A stretch of 64,000 nt of DNA from assembly GCF_048593235.1 (NCBI RefSeq), contig NC_133622.1:239227198-239291197 (forward strand), written 5' to 3'. Within the stretch, counting starts at the first letter, position 1. Every line of letters starts with the position of its first letter. Shown piece after piece: positions 1-9,998 of the stretch. Position numbers and translations under genes: made by a program. The notes under the pieces are model-generated. The model saw only the letters and a list, made by a program, of their open reading frames with translations. It ran no database searches and was not told where the DNA came from. This stretch comes from Sminthopsis crassicaudata. Its lineage: Eukaryota.

Positions 1-577
1 TGTTCATATCCTTTGACCATTTATCAATTGGAGAATGGTTCGGTTTCTTATAAATTAGGGTCAGTTCTCTATATATTTTGGAAATGAGACCTTTGTCAGA
101 ACCTTTGCTTTTAAAAATATTTTCCCAATTTGTTACTTCCCTTCTAATCTTGTTTGCATTAGTATTGTTTGTACAGAAACTTTTTAGTTTGATGTAATCA
201 AAATCTTCTATTTTGTGATCAATAATGATCTCTAGTTCTCCTCTGGTCATAAATTCCTTCCTCCTCCACAAGTCTGAGAGGTAGACTATTCTCTGTTCCT
301 CTAATCTATTTATTATCTCCCTCTTTATGCCTAAATCATGGACCCATTTTGATCTTATCTTGGTATATGGTGTTAAGTGTGGATCCATATCTAATTTCTG
401 CCATATTAATTTCCAGTTTTCCCAACAGTTTTTTTCCAAATAATGAATTTTTATCCCTAATGTTGGTATCTTTGGGTGTGTCAAAGATTAGATTGCTATA
501 GATGTACCCTTTTTTGTCCTTTGTATCTAATCTGTTCCACTGATCTACCGGTCTATTTCTTAGCCAATACCAAATGG
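1..577 (-). mobile_element. LINE-1 fragment (ORF2 3' region), runs off the window start
   Basis: Matches the minus-strand L1 text at 59700-60060 (tgttcatatcctttgaccatttatca..., gtaatcaaaa..., tctgagaggta.act). Ends at ...agccaataccaaatgg, after which sequence paralogous to 25700 and 40320 resumes. Confidence 0.85.
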
Positions 578-745
578 AGATTTCAAGGAATTATGATTAG
601 TATAGTTTAGCTGAAAAAAAGTGCCTTCATTTAAGAAAACATTATGGAGATAGTGTTGTGGAAGAAGGTATTTTTTTCAGCATAAAACAATGTAAAAAAT
701 TGAATGTCAGGTAATGCACTTGATGATTGACTTTTAGCTTTTCAG

Positions 746-804
746 ATACTCTAGTACAGAGGCTCTTTCAGATAATACCAAAGACTTCTTCCATCAAGTC
801 TCAG
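746..804 (+). other. Candidate non-coding 5' exon of the OR at 2608
   Basis: Pyrimidine tract plus AG (cttttagcttttcag), 59 nt, then cag|GTGAAT. Homologous segments lie at the same distance upstream of the other two clade-A genes (25850-25919, 40463-40522). Confidence 0.4.
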
Positions 805-1227
805 GTGAATACACCAGGAGCTCAGCTTTCTGAATCAGAATATTTTGTTGTTCAAAATGAATTTTCCCCTATTTCTGCTCAAACTATATTTTAGAGTTAA
901 TCAAAGGGCAGAATCTCTTCTTTGACCCCATCAAATGATAATTGTATTAAATCTATTACTGCATATGTCACATTTGAAAAGTAAGAATCATAATAGTAGG
1001 AAATGATGGTTTTTGGTTGTTGTGTTTTGTTTTGTTTTGTTTTAGGTAGTGACTATCTAACCTTCTATTTCCCGTCAACACTATTTTTAACAGCATAAAT
1101 GGCTGAATATTTTTGACTATGAAGATATTTCTTCTAATGTTAGAAATTATATTTGAGAGCAGTAAGAATTATAGTAAAAGTTTGGTAAAGTTTTAAATAA
1201 AGGATCATAGTAAAAGAAAATGGACTT

Positions 1228-1352
1228 GGGGTAGCTAGGTAGCACAGTGGATAGAGCACTAGCCCTGAAGTGAGGAGGACTTGAGTTTAAATCTGGCCTC
1301 AGACACTTAACACTAGCTGTGTGATCATAAGCAAATTACTTAACCCCAATTG
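1228..1352 (+). mobile_element. tRNA-derived marsupial CORE-SINE (WSINE1-like)
   Basis: ggggtagctaggtagcacagtggatagagcac...ctcagacacttaa...ctagctgtgtga...acttaaccccaattg. Same element recurs at 18123, 29889 and 35913. Confidence 0.85.
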
Positions 1353-2607
1353 TAGTGTGCTTTCCTTCTTAAAAATTTCTTCAAAATTTATAGAGTAGAT
1401 AACAAGTTTTGAGATTCAAGTGTATTTAGAGAATATATTCAAAATTAACAAACACTATTGTTAACAAACAATAGCAGGCTAATTTTTCCATTCCGTATAG
1501 CTTGGAAAAATGTACACTATTTGTGTCAAATATAAATTCTGAAATTTATATGAAGTGTTTCCTCTAATTCCCAGCCCCTGCTTAGAAATCACATAATAAT
1601 TCAGCAAGAGGATAAACAAACTAAATAGATAGAAAAATAGACAAAGAGATATCTCTATTCATAGATATTTATATATACATATATGCATATTGATAGATAT
1701 ACATCTATACATACACACATACACAAATGCACACAAATTTGTTAGAAAATAGACTTGAAAGAGAGATGAAATTATAGATAAAAACATATAGGAATTTTGA
1801 TAACTAAGTTAAATGATGACATTCCAGAAAGAGTGTCAAAAATTGAGTAGGGAAAAATTGAAAAGAAATAAAGATAAAAATGAATGATTATTTGTTTTAT
1901 TCCTGTCTGGAAATAAATGTTAGGAAAATTAACAAGGAAAGAAATGTATTTTTTGGATTTTCTCCATTCAGAATTTTCAGCATTTGGACATTGTTTTCAA
2001 TTGCATCATTTCATACTGACTATTAAATGTTTTATGGCTGTTGTGTTCAAAAACATGAGAGATCCTATCAGTCACCCCTAATTCTACACCCCTGTTCAAA
2101 CATAATATATCTCTCTTTACTTGGTCCTTTGCTCTCCTCTAAGTTATGAGTGCCTCTTATTCCCTCCTGTCTTCATGTATCCTTTATGAAAATTTTCACA
2201 AAACACAAATTCGAGTTTTCAGTAAAATCTAATTTCACAAATGAATTAGTACTAATTTTGTAGACCTATTATTTCTTTGACATAAATTGATTTCATTATG
2301 GACTTAAAACTCCCAATTAGACTGGAATTTGACCTGTAACTTTGAAATATTAGTGAGTTGCCTTGAATATTGAAAGGTTAAGTATTGGTGGGAGAATCAC
2401 AGTTAAGTATGTGTCAAAGGAAAGAAGAATCTAAGACTTTCTGAATTCAAGATCGATCTTTTATCGACTAGGAAATCTTGGCTTTCATGATGGAAACGTG
2501 ATTTCATTAAATGTCCTCTAATTGTCTTTATTTGTTGACCGTATCACCCTCTCATTTCACTATTCTTCTTTTCAGGATATATTTTAAAATTCCTTTCAAC
2601 TTCAGCC

Positions 2608-3543
2608 ATGATGACATCTAGCAAAAATCACAGTGTTGCTCCAGTCATTTTCATTCTGGTGGGATTTTCTGATTACCCAGAATTTCAGATTCCTCTCTTT
2701 TTGATATTTTTGACTATTTATGCAATCACTGTGATGGGTAATCTTGGAATGATTACAGTCATTATTATGAACACCAAATTACATACGCCAATGTATTTTT
2801 TTCTTAAACACTTATCCTTTGTGGATTTCTGTTACTCTACTGTTGTTGCACCAAAACTGCTGGAAAACTTAGTTGCAGAAGATAGGGCAATATCTTTTTC
2901 TGCTTGCATCACACAATTCTTCTTTGCTGCTAACTGTGCTTTGACTGACACCTTCATGTTGGCAGTGATGGCATATGATCGTTTTGTGGCCATTTGTAAT
3001 CCCCTTTTATACATGGTCATCATGTCCCAGAAACGTTGTGTTCTAATGATGGTTGCAGCATACTCCTGGGGCATACTCTTCTCTCTGCTTTTCACCTACT
3101 CTCTCCTTGTATTATCTTTTTGTGGGACTAATATTATTAATAATTTTGTCTGTGAGTATTCTGGCATACTCTCTGCCTCCTGCTCTGATAAACACTTCAG
3201 TGAGCTGATACTTTTTATATTTGCCAATTTTAATATGCTGAGTACACTCATGGTTATAACCTCTTCTTATATTTTTATTTTTGTAACTGTGATGAAAATG
3301 CATTCAGTTAGGGCAAGGCATAAAGCCTTCTCCACTTGTGCTTCTCATCTGACAGCTGTTGCAGTCTTCTATGGAACAGTCTTATTCCTCTACTGTATAC
3401 CCAACACTAAAAGCTCCTGGTTTACCACTAAATTGGGCTCTGTTTTCTATACAGTTGTCATCCCTATGCTGAACCCCCTTATATACAGTCTAAGAAACAA
3501 TGAAGTGAAGGAAACAATCAGGAAGTTAATGAACAAAAAATGA
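2608..3543 (+). CDS. Olfactory receptor, class II, OR5D-like (clade A1), 311 aa, intact
   Basis: Motifs [41 protein letters not shown] and N-glycosylation site NHS. Splice acceptor ttcttcttttcAG ends at 2575. The LYCIPNTK and GFSDYPE segments resemble the OR5D subfamily. Confidence 0.97.
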   Translation: MMTSSKNHSVAPVIFILVGFSDYPEFQIPLFLIFLTIYAITVMGNLGMITVIIMNTKLHTPMYFFLKHLSFVDFCYSTVVAPKLLENLVAEDRAISFSACITQFFFAANCALTDTFMLAVMAYDRFVAICNPLLYMVIMSQKRCVLMMVAAYSWGILFSLLFTYSLLVLSFCGTNIINNFVCEYSGILSASCSDKHFSELILFIFANFNMLSTLMVITSSYIFIFVTVMKMHSVRARHKAFSTCASHLTAVAVFYGTVLFLYCIPNTKSSWFTTKLGSVFYTVVIPMLNPLIYSLRNNEVKETIRKLMNKK

Positions 3544-4546
3544 TTTTCACTAAATTATCATCATCATCATCACCTTCATCACCAGTTCTACCAAAGATGA
3601 TAGCAACTAAACCAATAGCAAACAGTGGAAAACAATAGAAACACCTGTTATTTAAATATGCTACTTGAATTGATGCTCCTATTCCCCTAAATGAAAAAAA
3701 AAATAATACATTCAGTACCTCTTGTCCTCATCTGTTGTACAGGGTTTTAGCTACTTCAACTATGTTCCACTGTTGTGAATCCTTGCATAAGAGAAGGAAG
3801 AATATGAACACTGGAAAAAAAAGATATCCAAATAACCTTGATCTTTACTGTGTAGGATGGATTGGGCACCCACACATCACCCTAAATATTATTTCATTAA
3901 AATGCCAAACAAAATACAATTACATTATTAAGACCAGATATTTAGTAAAATATGGTCTTCCAGGTTTGGTTTTTAGATGTAGATCTAATCTATAAATCCT
4001 AATCTATATGTAGGAGCTTGTGACTGAATATTTTGGATACAGGAGAGGTCATGCCAGAAAATAAGATACTGAGAAATTATTGTTGATTATAATGAGGAAA
4101 AAAGAATATCACCAAACACTCAGAAATAGTATCAGGTTCATGTAATTCAATACAATTGTAAACTACCCAACAGGAATGCAATATTTTCTGAAAATAGTGG
4201 ATGTATCCCACTATTCTGAAATGTACTACTTTACTATCTTTTTGTACCTCTAGTTTTCTATACTGATTAGAAGTAGCACTGCTTTCTAGAGCTGAAGTAT
4301 TTTCTAATCCCCCTTTCCCCAATGACATGCATTAATTATACTCATATTATGTGGGTTTATGCACAAATTTATGTACATATTTACATAAACATGTATATGC
4401 ATATGCAATCCATCCACTTACATTGATGTACATATATGTCCAGAAATAACATTGTTGTAGGTATAAGTAATTGTATACAATTTGATGGATATTTCTAATA
4501 ATAATTGCAAAGCATTAAACAAGATCAAATAATTTTGATACAATTA

Positions 4547-4833
4547 TTATGGGAGTCACTTACTAGTGGCTGCTGAGGATATAATTCTGACCAGCAGAAT
4601 AGATTCTTTCATGTGAGAGGATAATAATGATACAAGGAGACTAAGAGGTAGTTGTATTCTCTGGCTTCCTTCTTCTTGCCTCTTTCCTCCAATTTATTTC
4701 ATTCCCAATTCACAAGCAACATCTGTGTCAGTAAAGGCTGATTTGAAATTCCTTCAAGTGTGTTATGATCCACAGCTGTGGGGCTATCTGGAGAACTGAC
4801 TTATCCTTTCACACTCACTCATAGTCCTTAATG
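4547..4833 (-). mobile_element. Degenerate solo LTR, same family as 34345-34652
   Basis: Shares taattctgaccagcagaat...caaggagac...tttatttcatt.ccaattca...cagtaaa.gctgat...attccttcaagtgtgtt with the 34.3-kb copy. Absent from the paralogous flank at ~45560. Confidence 0.65.
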
Positions 4834-6545
4834 TATAATTTTGTTGAGGCAAGTAGAAAATTAAAAATTATAACTCATAATTTTTAGTAATTTAATCATT
4901 TTATTAATAATTCCAGCAGATTATTAATAAGAGAGAGATCATTAGGTTACATCTCTTAGATCAGAGTTTTCATGGTAGTGGGATCACAAAGATCAGTTAT
5001 TGCCAACATATTTTGGGGTATATGACTTAGGTCACTCAAATTTTGGTCATAGAGATATCAGTTTCCATTAAACATGTCTTGATAATAGGTGTAGTCAACA
5101 TTTTCTCCTAATCTGTATAAGTAAGCACAATGAGCAGGAAAACATTCAATCAATTTAAACATTTGATTTCTTTTACTATCTCATTATATATCTTGATTTC
5201 AGGTAAGCTTAGAGAATTCCCAACACTGGATGATTTCTGGATGAAGAAATAGAAAAAGAAAAAAAAAAGCCTGGTCTAATACAATACCTCATCATTAAAT
5301 ATAGGGAAAATATTAATTTCCCCCAAAAGGAAGATTTTCCAAGAAGTAATTCTTATGAAAAATTCATTTTGAGAAAAAGTCAATTAGTTTGTAAACCCCA
5401 ATTTTATACTTACTCCACCAATATGTCCTTATTGAGAACAAACATGTATGGTGATTCAATGCTACTTTGAAATTAAAACTATTTTTAAATGGATTTGCAA
5501 TCTCTTAATCCAAATTAAAAGTGAGAATATATAGGTGTCAACAAATATTTATTCTATCTCAAATGAGATATGTCTTTATTTGTTAGGGTAAATTAAAGTT
5601 GATCCTTTTCTTGAAGCAAACAAAGATAAAAATGATAATGTATCGTCTGAATCTGAATTCTCTTCTCCTACCCTCTACCCACCAAAAAAAAAAAAAAAAA
5701 CACAAAACAAAACGAAAAACCAACTATTTTATTCCAGATACTTTCCACATTTTAGATTCTAAGAATGCTATCTTGTTTTCTGCTTGGTTGATGCAGTTGA
5801 AAAGGAGGCTAAATGAAAGTCATCTGTCACTTTCTCCCCTTCCTTTTTATTTGGTAATTTTGTTCTGACACAATATATTTTGTCAATTGTTTCCCCTGAA
5901 CTTAACATCACAGTTATCTAATTTTTCTGGTATAAATATCTGCATATTTTATGGCATTTCATATGTTCAAATCTGGAATGAAATTGTCTTTACAAAAAAG
6001 GAACCTAATGAAATATGTAGTCTATTTTTATATTAAAAAAAGTTGCTGTTGTTCAATGTTTTCATATGTGTCTGAGTCTGTGACTCTATGTGAATTTTTC
6101 TTGGAAGATATTGCAGAACTCAGCCTTTTAGTTCTCCAGAACATTTCATGTATAAAGAAATAAGGGAAACAGAATTAAGTGATCTATCCAGGATGACACA
6201 AAACTTAAATCTTTCTGACTGCCCAATGCTACCCTTTTCTGAATTACCCAGATCCCCAATAAAGAGTGATTAAACAATTGCAAGAATAACAGAATATCAG
6301 TGTTATGGAACAATATATACTTAATCATTATTATTATATCTTTGTTCCAGACAATTATATGACAAAAAGAAAAGGGGAATAAAACAGCAATTTAATTTTA
6401 AAATGAATATTGACTGTTCATGGCAATGTGCTGGGTAAGAGGAGTCTGGGAAAACACACACAATTGAATGGATAAAGGGTATTAATTCCTTTTTTGTATG
6501 GAAAATAGAGGGATTTTTTTACCACTTCATATAATATTCATAGAG

Positions 6546-6980
6546 TGTTGGGATTACTAGGTGAGAATTCAGGTTTTCTGGACAATTACAAGGTGAGAAC
6601 TCAGGTTGACTTGATAGAGGGGGCAAGCTCATTGGCTGGGGTGGTTCTTCCCAGAAGCCCTTGCATTATCCCACGCCCATTCTCTGGGAGGATAAAAAGA
6701 GACAGCACTGGGCGCAGAGAGCAGATCGGCCTGGAGAAGGATAAGAGCTGGAGGAGATTCAGAGCCAGGTTTCAAGAAGAAAAACTCTCTGCATTACATC
6801 AGGCCTGACGGGGCTCTCTGCAGGAAGGGAAGTCACTTCTAAGGACAAGAGTTAACAGCAACTGCCTGGAGACAACGGTTCACTACAGGAAGAAGAATCT
6901 GTCTGAAAGATTTGAGTAGACACAGCAGATCTCTTCCCAGAGAGCGATCCAGCAGCTTCTAGAGACGACAGCTCGTTATA
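6546..6980 (+). repeat. 5' LTR of the gag-only provirus
   Basis: Starts TGTTGG and ends CGTTATA. Reverse CCAAT (attgg) near 6631 and TATA-like GATAAAAA at 6691. No differences from 9564-9998 found by eye. Confidence 0.97.
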
Positions 6981-6982
6981 TT

Positions 6983-7000
6983 TGGCGCCCAACGTGGGGC
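6983..7000 (+). promoter_or_regulatory. Primer-binding site for tRNA-Lys1,2 (CUU)
   Basis: TGGCGCCCAACGTGGGGC, an exact 18-nt complement of the tRNA-Lys(CUU) 3' end, 2 nt after the LTR. Confidence 0.97.
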
Positions 7001-7051
7001 AAGGACTTTTGCTTATCCTGACAAGAAGAGCTAGACCAGACCTTCGCAATT

Positions 7052-7069
7052 TGGTGCCCGAACAGGGAC
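7052..7069 (+). promoter_or_regulatory. Second primer-binding site, for tRNA-Lys3 (UUU)
   Basis: TGGTGCCCGAACAGGGAC, a 17/18 match to TGGCGCCCGAACAGGGAC (HIV-1/MMTV-type PBS). The single C>T is at a CpG. Preceded by CA-ATT, like a U5 end. Confidence 0.92.
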
Positions 7070-7237
7070 AGACACAGTCCTGATTCCAGTGGAAAAGCTT
7101 CCGATCTAGATCTCAGTCTCTCTGACCCAGAACCGTGAGTAAGGAGGAAACTTTGTTAAAGATTAAGTGAGCGTGCTAATAGATAAATAAGGAACTTAAC
7201 TTGTTAAGGGCTAAACCAGGAATCTCTTATAGCTGAA

Positions 7238-9067
7238 ATGGGGCACATGTTAGCTAAATTCAATCCCTGGACCTCAGCCGACTCAACCCCAGCCCCAGAA
7301 GCAACCTCAGCCCCACCCCCATTCAGGAGTGGTACTATAGAGAGTATAATCAACATAATTGAGGAGCAGAGTTTACTTGTAACCTGGGTACAGATTGCTA
7401 AACTCTTGGCTGCATTAAGACGCACATCTCCTTGGTTCTTAGAGGAAGAAAAGATAGATGTAGATAAATGGAAGCTAGTGGGATATGAAATGAAAGAATT
7501 TCAAGCAAAAAATGGGCCTCGTTCAATTTCTGCAGAAGTATTTTATATCTACAACATAGTTCAATTAGCCTTAAACTATCAAGCAAGTTGTAGGAGAAGG
7601 AAAAGTTCTAAAAATGAACAGAGGAGGAAGTGTGAGGAAAAAAGGAACGATCAAGATCTTTCCCTAGAGCAAGAGGATTTAAATGAGGAATTATGGTATG
7701 ATTCTCTTGAAGAAGCTTCAACCCTGCCTAGAGAACAGATTATTGACAGGCCCACATCAACCCCACCTTCAGAGATGGAGGAAGAAAGAGGGGAAGAGGC
7801 AGAAACACAAACAGAATTGCCTGTGAAGAAGCCTAAGCCTATGACAAGATTAGAAAAAGCATTGGTTAAAGCTAAAAGAGAAGGACAGGATATAAGTGAT
7901 TTTATACATGCATATCCTGTGATTGAAAATACTGACTCTGTAGGTAAAAAAAGGAGAAGATATGCACCTTTAGATTTGAATAAAATTAAGGATTTGAAAA
8001 AAGGTTGTACCCTTTATGGGGCTACATCAGCTTATGTCAAAATGTTACTAGATGGTTTGTCTTATGAAGTCCTAACCCCGAATGATTGGAAATCCATAGC
8101 AAGGACATGTCTGGAACCTGGAGAAAATTTATTATGGCTTGCGGAATTTCATGAATTATGTAAAATTCAAGTCAGATGCAATTTGGAAATAGGAGTTAAC
8201 ACACAATTCACTTTTGAGCACTTAGCTGGTGAAGGTCAGTATGGAGAGAATTCAGAACAGATTCATTATACCATGACAATATATGAACAAATTGCTAAGG
8301 CTGCAATAAAAGCTTGGGGTGTCCTCCCTGGACAGAAAGATCGGGGAGAGGCTTTCACTAAAATACAGCAAGGTCCCAATGAACCTTTTGCAGATTTTGT
8401 GGGACGTTTGCAAACTGCTGTCAAAAGAACTATTGGAGAAAATTCAGCTACAGAAATAATGACCAGACATCTGGCTAAGGAAAATGCCAATGAGATTTGC
8501 AAAAGAATTATATGGGGATTAGACAAAGATGCTCCTTTAGAGGAGATCATAAGACGCTGTGCTACAGTGGGAACAAATGCTTTTTATACCCAGACAATGA
8601 TGAATGTGGAGAGACAGGGTCCCTCCTGGCAAGGGCCTTCTAGAGAAACTCGGAGATGTTTTCAATGTGGAAAAATTGGACATCTAAGAGCTCAGTGTAG
8701 ATTTGGAGATACAGTGAAAAGACAGGGTGAGAGAAGACCTAAAACCCCATGTCCAAAATGCAACAGAGGATTCCATTGGGCATCAGAGTGTAGAATAATT
8801 CAGGGAAATGGGATGAGGGGCCCAGGTCCAGGGCCCCAGGCAAAAAAGACTTGGGGCATGATGGCAGCTGATGTTACACCTAAAGAGCCTTTAGAAGGCC
8901 AGGACTCTGATTTAATCAATCAGCAGAGAAGCAATCACATGGCAGAAAGGGATTACCTGATAAGTCAGTCAAAAGGCAATCAGATTGCAAAAATGGATTA
9001 CACTTGGGGAGAATACAGGCCTTTTAAACCAACAGGGCTGTGTCCAGTGCAAACAACTCCAATGTAA
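7238..9067 (+). CDS. gag: Betaretrovirus-like Gag polyprotein, 609 aa, open
   Basis: MG start; MA motif SPWF...IDVDKWKLVG; CA motifs LTPNDWKSIARTCL and MHR FTKIQQGPNEPFADFVGRL; two CCHC knuckles CFQCGKIGHLRAQC and CPKCNRGFHWASEC; GNGMRG at the end of NC. Confidence 0.96.
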   Translation: MGHMLAKFNPWTSADSTPAPEATSAPPPFRSGTIESIINIIEEQSLLVTWVQIAKLLAALRRTSPWFLEEEKIDVDKWKLVGYEMKEFQAKNGPRSISAEVFYIYNIVQLALNYQASCRRRKSSKNEQRRKCEEKRNDQDLSLEQEDLNEELWYDSLEEASTLPREQIIDRPTSTPPSEMEEERGEEAETQTELPVKKPKPMTRLEKALVKAKREGQDISDFIHAYPVIENTDSVGKKRRRYAPLDLNKIKDLKKGCTLYGATSAYVKMLLDGLSYEVLTPNDWKSIARTCLEPGENLLWLAEFHELCKIQVRCNLEIGVNTQFTFEHLAGEGQYGENSEQIHYTMTIYEQIAKAAIKAWGVLPGQKDRGEAFTKIQQGPNEPFADFVGRLQTAVKRTIGENSATEIMTRHLAKENANEICKRIIWGLDKDAPLEEIIRRCATVGTNAFYTQTMMNVERQGPSWQGPSRETRRCFQCGKIGHLRAQCRFGDTVKRQGERRPKTPCPKCNRGFHWASECRIIQGNGMRGPGPGPQAKKTWGMMAADVTPKEPLEGQDSDLINQQRSNHMAERDYLISQSKGNQIAKMDYTWGEYRPFKPTGLCPVQTTPM

Positions 9068-9400
9068 TTGCCAGATGATGAGAAGAGATTTAGAAAGTGG
9101 TAAATAGAATGTAATTAGATAGGTTAACTGCCTGGGAGAGAGGGTTTGCTTGTATTTCTTCAGCAGGAGAAGGAATCAGATGGGTGCCAACAAGTCATAT
9201 TCGCCTTGTCCATCAGAGAGAGACAGAAAAAGAGAAAGACCTCAAAATAAAGGAGAAGATCTAAGAAACATCTGACACTGAAAGAGCATGGATAATAAGA
9301 AGACTGTTAAAGAACTTAAAAACCAGCAGGAATCATTGGACTTCCTCACACAAGATGAGAATAATGGACAATGGACTTATGGACATTTATAAATTTTCAA
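9010..9400 (+). pseudogene. Integrase C-terminal remnant followed by a decayed env TM heptad/ISD remnant
   Basis: gataggttaactgcctgggagagagggtttgcttgtatt reads DRLTAWERGFACIS..EGIRWVP (betaretroviral IN C-terminal domain). Then act gtt aaa gaa ctt aaa aac cag cag gaa tca ttg gac reads TVKELKNQQESLD, followed by atggacaat (MDN). Confidence 0.8.
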
Positions 9401-9547
9401 TTTATGATTATGATTATGTTATATACTTCTAGCATGTGTTATGTTACTATGTTACTATGTGCTTATGTAATTTATGTAATTATCTGCAATACTTCCCATA
9501 TTGATGGATTTATGTTTCAAGGTCATGACTGTCCTATGTTCTAAATC

Positions 9548-9563
9548 AAAAGAAAGGGGGAGA
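9548..9563 (+). promoter_or_regulatory. Polypurine tract
   Basis: AAAAGAAAGGGGGAGA immediately before the 3' LTR TG. Confidence 0.95.
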
Positions 9564-9998
9564 TGTTGGGATTACTAGGTGAGAATTCAGGTTTTCTGGA
9601 CAATTACAAGGTGAGAACTCAGGTTGACTTGATAGAGGGGGCAAGCTCATTGGCTGGGGTGGTTCTTCCCAGAAGCCCTTGCATTATCCCACGCCCATTC
9701 TCTGGGAGGATAAAAAGAGACAGCACTGGGCGCAGAGAGCAGATCGGCCTGGAGAAGGATAAGAGCTGGAGGAGATTCAGAGCCAGGTTTCAAGAAGAAA
9801 AACTCTCTGCATTACATCAGGCCTGACGGGGCTCTCTGCAGGAAGGGAAGTCACTTCTAAGGACAAGAGTTAACAGCAACTGCCTGGAGACAACGGTTCA
9901 CTACAGGAAGAAGAATCTGTCTGAAAGATTTGAGTAGACACAGCAGATCTCTTCCCAGAGAGCGATCCAGCAGCTTCTAGAGACGACAGCTCGTTATA
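9564..9998 (+). repeat. 3' LTR of the gag-only provirus
   Basis: 435 bp, apparently identical to 6546-6980, followed by the TSD ATAGAG. Confidence 0.97.

Larger units (their letters stand above)
6546..9998 (+). mobile_element. Internally deleted betaretrovirus-like provirus (LTR-PBS-PBS-gag-IN tail/env remnant-PPT-LTR), 3453 bp
   Basis: Two 435-bp direct repeats, 6-bp TSD ATAGAG (6540-6545 and 9999-10004), PBS, gag ORF and PPT. Empty sites are visible in paralogous blocks at ~30655 and ~47360. Confidence 0.97.

Noticed and set aside
2832-3303. Minus-strand ORFs over the OR genes (also 27562-28147 and 42026-42497)
   Set aside because: Antisense shadows of OR codon usage; they recur only because the ORs are paralogous and have no independent features.
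5670-5720. A-rich run suggesting a retrocopy tail
   Set aside because: No upstream gene or SINE body and no TSD; a simple homopolymer expansion relative to the paralogs.
6545-6808. Identical 87-aa ORFs at 6545 and 9563, and a related 123-aa ORF at 22389-22760
   Set aside because: They lie wholly in LTRs and are repeated because the LTR is repeated. The start codon straddles the LTR boundary and there is no protein signature.
7238-9067. Domesticated (co-opted) gag gene
   Set aside because: Identical LTRs and full proviral context indicate recent insertion, which is enough to explain the open frame; there is no evidence of selection.
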